Position numbers and translations under genes: made by a program
Source: an uncultured Candidatus Rokubacteria bacterium
GTDB lineage: Bacteria; Methylomirabilota; Methylomirabilia; Rokubacteriales; DASRDR01
Assembly (NCBI GenBank): GCA_963826115.1
Contig: CAWGVS010000005.1
Location: forward strand, 512,001-576,000
Direction of reading: 5' to 3'
Length of the DNA stretch: 64,000 nt
Part shown: positions 57,451 through 64,000 of the stretch, piece by piece
Numbering within the stretch: the first letter of the stretch is position 1
Layout: each line of letters starts with the position of its first letter
Notes under the pieces: generated by a model
Seen by the model: the letters and a program-made list of their open reading frames with translations, nothing else
Told to the model about the DNA's origin: nothing
Database searches by the model: none

Positions 57451-57658
57451 GGGGGCATCGTACTATCGACCTCGACGGGGACCGGCACGTGTCTGCTGGC
57501 TGATCCGGGCATCGCGATCGCGCCGGGCTTTTCGTGGCCGGGCCCGTCGGTCTCGATCGCGCGAGACGTGTCTCGTGGGGGCGAGTTGATGAAGGTGCGG
57601 GCCCGGAGCATAGTGGGTCGCCAAGGCACGCGCTCGGTCCGGGTGCTCGGGAGACTCG

Positions 57659-58207
57659 ATGAGCAGACCGCTCAGCCCGTTGTCCGGCACGTCTCCTCCG
57701 TCACCGGCAGCGTCCCGCGCTCTCGCGGTTGCCGCGCCCTGCCCGCGCGGCGGGCGGCGGGGAGACCGGGTCCTCGCGGTGACCCTCCGCCTCCTCGTCC
57801 TGCTCTCCGCAGGCTGCGACACCGACGGCAACCACCCCGTGAGCGCGACGAGCGCGGCGCCGGAAATCGTTCTGGAGGACGCCTCGCTCAGATTCGAGGA
57901 CCCTCCCCTGGGGGGCCCGACCTGCGAGGCGAACGGCACCGTGCGAAACAAGACCCCGGACAAGACCTTGATCGGGATCGAGGTGACCGCGTTCAACGTC
58001 CAGGGAAGCGCCAACGCGATCGCACGGGCCGACGGGTTCACGCGTGAGGACAACGGCCGGGCCGCCTCCGGGAGCTTCGGAAGCGACCCGCTTCGACCGG
58101 GGCAGTCGGGGTTCTTCCACGCCCTGCTCGCGGACGCGCAAGGACGCTTCCTCCACACATGCGACGGCATCGCGCGCATCGAGCTCACCGGGGCGACGTT
58201 CAGGTGA
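57659..58207 (+). CDS. Hypothetical lipoprotein with Ig-like (FxLYD-like) domain; start probably GTG at 57779
   Basis: LLSAGC lipobox; GTVRN, V.AFN..G, L.PGQSG.F; two Cys that could form a disulfide. Confidence 0.55.
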   Translation: MSRPLSPLSGTSPPSPAASRALAVAAPCPRGGRRGDRVLAVTLRLLVLLSAGCDTDGNHPVSATSAAPEIVLEDASLRFEDPPLGGPTCEANGTVRNKTPDKTLIGIEVTAFNVQGSANAIARADGFTREDNGRAASGSFGSDPLRPGQSGFFHALLADAQGRFLHTCDGIARIELTGATFR

Positions 58208-58276
58208 CCGGAGGCGCGCTCCTCTTCACGGCAACGGGATGACGTCGGCCGACTTTTGACCGGGCGCAGCACTTCG

Positions 58277-58305
58277 TTGACGGCCTCGGAGGGCCGTGGT
58301 AAACC
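58277..58305 (+). promoter_or_regulatory. sigma-70-like promoter of the thrC operon
   Basis: TTGACG-17 bp-TAAACC with TG extension. Confidence 0.45.
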
Positions 58306-58369
58306 TCTCTGGTCCGCGTCGGGACCCGATTTTGCTGAGTGGGGCTCAAATCCCCGGAGGACCCGGCTC

Positions 58370-59617
58370 ATGACGCACGTCCGAGGGCTCGTCTGCCGCG
58401 AGTGTGGCCGCGGCGTCCCGCAGAGCCCGATCCACGTCTGCGAGCACTGCTTCGGCCCCCTCGAGGTCGACTACGACTACGCGGCCATCCGCGCGGTCGT
58501 GACGCGCGACCGGATCGCCGCGGGCCCTCCGAGCATCTGGCGCTACCGGGAGCTCCTGCCGCTCGACGGCGAGCCGCGGGTCGGCCGCCACGTGGGCCTG
58601 ACCCCGCTGGTGCGCGCGCGGAACCTCGGGGACGCGCTGGGGCTCCGCGAGCTCTACCTCAAGAACGACGCGGTCTGCCACCCGACCTGGTCCTTCAAGG
58701 ATCGCGTGGTGTCCGTGGCGATCAACAAGGCGAGGGAGCTCGGCCTCGACACCGTGGCGTGCGCGTCGACGGGCAACCTCGCCAACTCGGTCGCCGCCCA
58801 CGCCGCCGAGGCGGGCCTGCCCGCCTACGTGTTCATTCCGGTCGGGCTCGAGACGGGGAAGGTGCAGGGGACGCTCGTCTACGGGCCGGTCGTGTTCACG
58901 GTGGAGGGGACCTACGACGACGTGAATCGGCTCTGCTCGGAGCTCGCCGACCGCCACCCGTGGGCCTTCGTCAACGTGAACCTCCGGCCCTACTATGCGG
59001 AAGGGTCCAAGACGGTGGGCTACGAGATCGCCGAGCAGCTGGGCTGGCGGGCGCCGGGCCACGTGGTCGTCCCTTGCGCCGGCGGCGCGCTCCTGACGAA
59101 GATCCGGAAGGCCTTCGACGAGCTCGCCGACCTCGGTCTCGTCGACGGCCCGCCGCCGCGGATGCACGCGGCCCAGGCGGCCGGCTGCGGGCCGATCGTC
59201 ACGATGATCCGCGACGGCGCGGACGCGCTCGTGCCCGTCCGGCCCCGCACCATCGCCAAGTCCCTCGCCATCGGCAATCCGGCCGACGGCTACTACGCCG
59301 CCGCGGCCGTCCGGGAGTCGGGCGGCTGGGCCGCCCACGCCACCGACGAGGAGATCGTCGAGGCGATGGAGCTCCTCGCCCGGACCGAGGGGATCTTCGC
59401 GGAGACGGCGGGCGGGGTGACCGTCGCGGCCCTCCGCACGCTCCTGACCGAGGGCCGCATCGGTCGGGACGAGTCCGTCGTCGTCTGCATCACGGGAAGT
59501 GGCCTGAAGACCATCGAAGCCCTGGAGGGCCGGCTGCGGGAGCCCATCCACGTCGGCGCGAGCCTTTCCGCCGTCGAGGCGACGCTGCCGGAGCTCCAGG
59601 CGATCACCACGCGCTAG
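58370..59617 (+). CDS. thrC: Threonine synthase-like PLP enzyme (fold type II)
   Basis: N-terminal CxxC/CxxC ribbon, PTWSFKDR, ASTGN, NLRPYY.EGSKT, ITGSGLK. Confidence 0.9.
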   Translation: MTHVRGLVCRECGRGVPQSPIHVCEHCFGPLEVDYDYAAIRAVVTRDRIAAGPPSIWRYRELLPLDGEPRVGRHVGLTPLVRARNLGDALGLRELYLKNDAVCHPTWSFKDRVVSVAINKARELGLDTVACASTGNLANSVAAHAAEAGLPAYVFIPVGLETGKVQGTLVYGPVVFTVEGTYDDVNRLCSELADRHPWAFVNVNLRPYYAEGSKTVGYEIAEQLGWRAPGHVVVPCAGGALLTKIRKAFDELADLGLVDGPPPRMHAAQAAGCGPIVTMIRDGADALVPVRPRTIAKSLAIGNPADGYYAAAAVRESGGWAAHATDEEIVEAMELLARTEGIFAETAGGVTVAALRTLLTEGRIGRDESVVVCITGSGLKTIEALEGRLREPIHVGASLSAVEATLPELQAITTR

Positions 59618-59630
59618 GGAGGGTTCGAGG

Positions 59631-59909
59631 ATGCCTGTGCTGGTTCGCATTCCCACGGTGCTCCGCCGGCATACCGGCGGAACCGGAGAGGTCTACGCCA
59701 CGGGGAAGGACGTCGGGGAGCTCGTGTCCGATCTGGAGCGGCAGTTCCCGGGGCTGCGCGAGCGGCTCTGTGACGAGACGGGAGACTTCCGGAAGTTTCT
59801 CAACGTGTACGTGAACCAGGAGGACGTCCGGTTCCTGGAGGGGCTCCAGAGCGCCGTGAAGGACGGCGACGAGGTCTCGATCGTCCCGGCGATCGCCGGA
59901 GGGCGGTAG
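59631..59909 (+). CDS. MoaD/ThiS/CysO-type sulfur carrier with masked C-terminus (GG-R)
   Basis: RIPT.LR..TGG, NVYVN.EDVRF, PAIAGGR-stop. Confidence 0.92.
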   Translation: MPVLVRIPTVLRRHTGGTGEVYATGKDVGELVSDLERQFPGLRERLCDETGDFRKFLNVYVNQEDVRFLEGLQSAVKDGDEVSIVPAIAGGR

Positions 59910-59933
59910 CCGCCCGCCGGGAGGAGACGGGGC

Positions 59934-60722
59934 GTGAGCCTGCGCCTTCCGTTCTCCGAGGCTGACCTCCGCCGGTACAGCCGGCAGATGATCCTGCCGG
60001 AGGTCGGTGGCGCCGGGCAGGCGCGCCTCCGGCAGGCCCGCGTCCTGGTGGTGGGGGCCGGGGGGCTCGGCTCGCCGGCGGCGCTCTACCTGGCCGCGGC
60101 GGGCGTGGGCACGCTGGGGCTGGTCGACTCCGATCGCGTCGAGCTGTCGAACCTCCAGCGGCAGATTCTCCACGGGACGAAGTCACTCGACCTGCCGAAG
60201 GTGGCCTCCGCGCAGGCGCGCCTCGAGGACCTGAACCCGGACGTGCGCGTCGTGCCGCACGAGCTTCGGCTGGATCGGGACAACGCCCGCGACGTGCTGG
60301 TGGCGTACGACGTGGTGGTCGAGGGCTCCGACACCCTCGCGACGAAGCTCGTCGTCAACGACGCGTGCGTGGCGCTGGGCCGCCCGCTGGTCGCGGCGGG
60401 CATCCTCCGCTGGGACGGGCAGATCCTGGTGGTGCGCCCTCGCGAGACCGCGTGCTACCGCTGCGTGTACCGGCGGGAGCCGCCGGAGGGGGCGGTCCCC
60501 ACGTGCGAGGCGGCGGGCGTCCTCGGGCCGGTCGCCGGCGTGGTGGGGAGCCTCCAGGCCGTGGAGGCGCTGAAGGTGTGTCTCGGGCTCGAGACCGCGG
60601 CCGCCGGGCGCCTCCTGCTGTACGATGGCGCGGTGGCGGAGCTACGGGCGATCACGGTGCGGCGGGATCCGGCGTGTCCCGCCTGCGGTACCCTGCCGGC
60701 AGAGGAGCGAGCACAGGCATGA
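59934..60722 (+). CDS. moeB: MoeB/ThiF family adenylyltransferase (no rhodanese domain)
   Basis: RYSRQ, GAGGLG, SNLQRQ, CYRC, PTC...G, CPAC. Confidence 0.92.
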   Translation: MSLRLPFSEADLRRYSRQMILPEVGGAGQARLRQARVLVVGAGGLGSPAALYLAAAGVGTLGLVDSDRVELSNLQRQILHGTKSLDLPKVASAQARLEDLNPDVRVVPHELRLDRDNARDVLVAYDVVVEGSDTLATKLVVNDACVALGRPLVAAGILRWDGQILVVRPRETACYRCVYRREPPEGAVPTCEAAGVLGPVAGVVGSLQAVEALKVCLGLETAAAGRLLLYDGAVAELRAITVRRDPACPACGTLPAEERAQA

Positions 60723-61888
60723 TCTCGAAGCGCGTCCAGGGGTTCACGGAGTCCGTGATCCGGGAGATGACCCGCGTCAGCGCCCAGTACGGCGGGGTGA
60801 ACCTCGCCCAGGGGTTCCCGAACTTCCCGCCGCCCCGCGTGCTGGTGGAGGCGGCGCACAAGGCGCTCGACGGGGACTACCACCAGTACGCGATCACGTG
60901 GGGCGCCCGGAACCTCCGCGAGGCCATCGCGGCGAAGTTCGAGCGCTTCTACGGCCTGCGGGTCGACCCGGAGCGCCAGGTGACCGTGTGCTGCGGCTCG
61001 ACCGAGGCGATGCTCTCGACGCTCCTCGCCGTGCTGGACCCCGGCGACGAGATCATCATCTTCGAGCCGTTCTACGAGAACTACGGGCCCGGGGCGATCA
61101 TCTCGGGCGCGAAGCCGGTCTTCGTGCCCCTCGAGCCGCCGGACTTCTCGTTCGACCCCGACCGGCTGGCGCGCGCCTTCACCCCCCGGACCCGGGCGAT
61201 CGTCTTCAACAGCCCGAACAACCCGACGGGGAAGGTGTTCTCGCTCCGCGAGCTCGAGATCATCGCCGAGCTCTGCCAGCGTCACGACGTGATCGCGATC
61301 ACCGACGAGATCTACGAGCACATGGTCTACGACGGGCTCCGCCACATCCCGATCGCGACCCTGCCCGGCATGGCGGACCGGACGGTCACGATCTCCGGCG
61401 TCTCGAAATCCTACTCGGTGACGGGTTGGCGCATCGGCTACACCATCAGCTCGCCCGAGATCGCGGTGGGCATCCGCCGAGCGCACGACTTCGTGACGGT
61501 GGGCGCGCCGGCGCCGCTCCAGGAGGCGGCGGTCACCGCGCTCCACCTGCCCGACTCCTACTACGTGGCCCTCCGCGAGGCGTACCAGGCGCGGCGCGAC
61601 CTCCTGCGGGGGCAGCTCGACAAGGCGGGGTTCAAGACCTTCGACATCCAGGGGGCCTACTACATCCTGACCGAGTGCGCCCACTTCCTCGAGCGGTACG
61701 ACCTGCCCGACGACACCGCGTTCGCCATGTTCCTCATCAAGGAGGTCGGCGTGGCCACGGTGCCGGGGTCGTCCTTCTACGCGCACTCCGAGCTCGGGCG
61801 CACGAAGATCCGCTTCTGCTTCCCGAAGACGGACGACGTGCTCCTCGAGGCGGGCCAGCGACTGCAGCGCCTCCCGCCCGGCCGGTAG
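60719..61888 (+). CDS. PLP-dependent class I/II aminotransferase (YbdL-like)
   Basis: NLAQGFP, P.NPTG, DEIY, SKSYSVTGWRIG, IRFCF.K; ATGA overlap. Confidence 0.92.
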   Translation: MISKRVQGFTESVIREMTRVSAQYGGVNLAQGFPNFPPPRVLVEAAHKALDGDYHQYAITWGARNLREAIAAKFERFYGLRVDPERQVTVCCGSTEAMLSTLLAVLDPGDEIIIFEPFYENYGPGAIISGAKPVFVPLEPPDFSFDPDRLARAFTPRTRAIVFNSPNNPTGKVFSLRELEIIAELCQRHDVIAITDEIYEHMVYDGLRHIPIATLPGMADRTVTISGVSKSYSVTGWRIGYTISSPEIAVGIRRAHDFVTVGAPAPLQEAAVTALHLPDSYYVALREAYQARRDLLRGQLDKAGFKTFDIQGAYYILTECAHFLERYDLPDDTAFAMFLIKEVGVATVPGSSFYAHSELGRTKIRFCFPKTDDVLLEAGQRLQRLPPGR

Positions 61889-61900
61889 GCCCCTCCGTGC

Positions 61901-63271
61901 GTGGCCCCGCGCTCGGGCGGCGCCCTCGCGGCTCCGGGCGTGGCTGACCTCGCCGGCCTCCGCGGGGCGGCGCGCCGGATCCTCGACGCCGCCATCGCCG
62001 CCGGGGACGCCGCCCGGCTGACGCGCCGGGCGCTCTCCCGCGACGGCTCCTCGCTCCGGGTCGCGGGCCGGTCGTTCGACCTCGGTCCCATCCGCCGGGT
62101 CGTGGTCGTCGGGGCGGGAAAGGCGTCGGGGGCGATGGCCGAAGCGGTCGAGGACGTCCTCGACGGCCTGCCCGTCGAGGGTCTCGTCGCGGTCAAGGAG
62201 CGCCGGGAGCCCGGGCCGCGTCGCGTCCGGGCCGTCGAGTCGGGCCACCCGATCCCCGACGCGCGCGGTCAGGCGGCCGCGGAGGAGATCCTCCGGCTCG
62301 CCCGCGGGGCGGGGCCGGGCGACCTCGTCCTCTGCCTGATCTCCGGGGGCGGATCCGCGCTGACGCCCGCGCCGGTGGCCGGCGTCAGCCTGGGGGAGAA
62401 GCAGGCCGTGACCCGGCTCCTTCTCGAGTGCGGGGCCACCATCAACGAGCTGAACGCCGTGCGGAAGCACCTCTCACGGTTGAAGGGCGGGCAGCTCGCG
62501 CGCGCGGCGCACCCGGCTCCCGTCGTCTCCTTGCTGCTGTCCGACGTGATCGGCGACCCGCTGGACGTGATCGCCTCGGGACCCACCGCGCCGGACCCGA
62601 CGACCTTCGGGGACGCCCTCGCGATCGTGGACCGCTTCGGGCTCCGAGGTCGCCTTCCGCCGTCGGTGCGGGCGCACCTCGAGGCGGGAGCGCGGGGCGA
62701 GGTCGAGGACACGCCGAAGCCCGGGGACCCCGTGTTCGCCGGCGTCACGAACGCCGTGATCGGGAACAACGGCCTGATCGTGGAGGCGGCGGTCGCCGAG
62801 GCGCGGCGCCTCGGGCTCACCCCGTGCCTCCTGACCCGCCGTCTCCAGGGCGAGGCGCGCGAGGTCGCGCGCGTCTTCGCCGCGCTCCTCGACGAGACGG
62901 CCCGCGGCGGCCTGGCAGCGGGTCGACCGGCGTGCCTGATCGCCGGCGGCGAAACGACCGTGACGATCCGCGGGTCCGGCACGGGCGGGCGGTGCCAGGA
63001 GTTCGCCCTCGCGCTGGTGACCGAGCTCGCCGGGATGCGGGACGTCGTCGTCCTGGCGGCCGGGACCGACGGGAGCGACGGGCCGACGGACGCCGCCGGC
63101 GCCGTCGTCGATCCCGCCACGCTCGGGCGGGCGCGCGAGCGGGGGCTCGACGTCCAGCGCGCCCTTCAGGACAACGACTCCCACCCGTTCTTCGACGCGC
63201 TCGGCGACCTGGTGAGGACGGGCCCGACCGGATCCAACCTGATGGACGTGTACCTCGGGGTGGTCGGCTGA
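61901..63271 (+). CDS. Glycerate 2-kinase, MOFRL family (TtuD/GckA-like)
   Basis: GAGKAS, ISGGGSAL, KGG.LA, SDVIGD, GGETTV, GTDG.DG, TGPTG.N. Confidence 0.93.
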   Translation: MAPRSGGALAAPGVADLAGLRGAARRILDAAIAAGDAARLTRRALSRDGSSLRVAGRSFDLGPIRRVVVVGAGKASGAMAEAVEDVLDGLPVEGLVAVKERREPGPRRVRAVESGHPIPDARGQAAAEEILRLARGAGPGDLVLCLISGGGSALTPAPVAGVSLGEKQAVTRLLLECGATINELNAVRKHLSRLKGGQLARAAHPAPVVSLLLSDVIGDPLDVIASGPTAPDPTTFGDALAIVDRFGLRGRLPPSVRAHLEAGARGEVEDTPKPGDPVFAGVTNAVIGNNGLIVEAAVAEARRLGLTPCLLTRRLQGEAREVARVFAALLDETARGGLAAGRPACLIAGGETTVTIRGSGTGGRCQEFALALVTELAGMRDVVVLAAGTDGSDGPTDAAGAVVDPATLGRARERGLDVQRALQDNDSHPFFDALGDLVRTGPTGSNLMDVYLGVVG

Positions 63272-63294
63272 GCCGCGCGGCGGCGCCGGCCGGC

Positions 63295-63999
63295 TCAGGG
63301 TGCGCGGCGCCGTCGCGCGACGAGGTGGAGGACCTTTCCTCCCGGACCTGCGTCCGGACGCCGGCGCTCCACCTCCACGAACCCGGAGTCGCGCCAGAGG
63401 AGACCGGCCACCCGCTCGGCTCCTGATCCGGCGCCGATCGCGCCCAGGAACGCGTCAACGAGGGCCTGGGCGTCAAGGGCCCCGACGGCCGGATCCACGA
63501 CCAGCCTGAGGCGAGGCTGGCCGTCCGCCCCCTCGTCCTCCACGAGCTGGTAGTCGGTCGGGCCCCCGCCGAAGCGAGCGGGCAGCGTCTTTTCGAGCAC
63601 GCCGACCAGGTCCGCGTCGAACAGGCGAACACCGCCCGAGGTGAGCTTCTCGTAGCTCCGGATCGTCCTGACGTGCGTGGTCCAACCCACGCGCTCGAGG
63701 GGACAGCCGCAGCGGCGTCGTTCCAGGACGCCCTGGTCGCCGAGTGAGACGTTCAGCAGGAGGAAGGGAGCGGTGGCACAGAGCGAGGTGAACAGCAGAG
63801 CGGCCGGTGGCAGGTCGGAGTTCGTCGTCGCTCCATCGATCTGGACGATCGCGCGGAGGTCGTCGAAAACGTGGATGTCGTCGGCCTCCGCCGGCGCCAG
63901 ACACCCGTGGCCGATGGTGCCGCCCGCTTCGCTCGCTCCGTACTGCGGCACGGCCGTCACCCCGGCCCGGCGGACCGCGGCGAGACGGGTCTCGGTGAC
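63295..63999 (-). CDS. C-terminal part of a phenylacetate-CoA ligase-like adenylate-forming protein (runs off window)
   Basis: YGASE.G, LLN..LGD.G, CGC, IRSYEKL, DYQLVE; frame open to the window end. Confidence 0.6.
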   Translation of the reverse strand, partial: VTETRLAAVRRAGVTAVPQYGASEAGGTIGHGCLAPAEADDIHVFDDLRAIVQIDGATTNSDLPPAALLFTSLCATAPFLLLNVSLGDQGVLERRRCGCPLERVGWTTHVRTIRSYEKLTSGGVRLFDADLVGVLEKTLPARFGGGPTDYQLVEDEGADGQPRLRLVVDPAVGALDAQALVDAFLGAIGAGSGAERVAGLLWRDSGFVEVERRRPDAGPGGKVLHLVARRRRAP

Positions 64000-64000
64000 C

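Noticed and set aside
58306-58369. SAM riboswitch upstream of the thrC-like gene
   Set aside because: Leader too short and lacks the ATC.AGAG...GCAACC...GGTGC pattern
1-64000. tRNA, rRNA, IS/transposase, integrase or prophage genes
   Set aside because: None recognised on either strand; small ncRNAs could still be missed without a covariance search

Overview
Very GC-rich (roughly 70% or more by eye), gene-dense bacterial chromosome segment with about 65 CDSs and no recognisable rRNA, tRNA, CRISPR, transposase or integrase. The gene mix suggests Candidatus Rokubacteria/Methylomirabilota, which is an inference only. Contents in order: YgfZ-like and YyaL genes; a peptide ABC importer with two paralogous binding proteins; a thiG-thiO pair whose ThiG active site is rewritten; tldD-pmbA; an atypical cbb3-type oxidase operon with several microproteins; a two-component/sigma-54 module driving a secreted Gly/Ser-rich repeat protein plus a TPR protein; housekeeping genes; a second moeA-tldD-pmbA operon; an RRM gene with a terminator in its leader; a radical SAM gene; a catalytically dead HtrA-like protein; hsp20; a selenocysteine-containing selD (UGA plus SECIS); a cyclase-STAND-TPR gene flanked by a degenerate 84-bp duplication of the neighbouring gene's 3' end; and a thrC-like/MoaD/MoeB/aminotransferase sulfur-relay operon. 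Many genes appear leaderless (a -10 box 6-7 nt before the start codon). All calls come from reading motifs by eye; no database searches were run.
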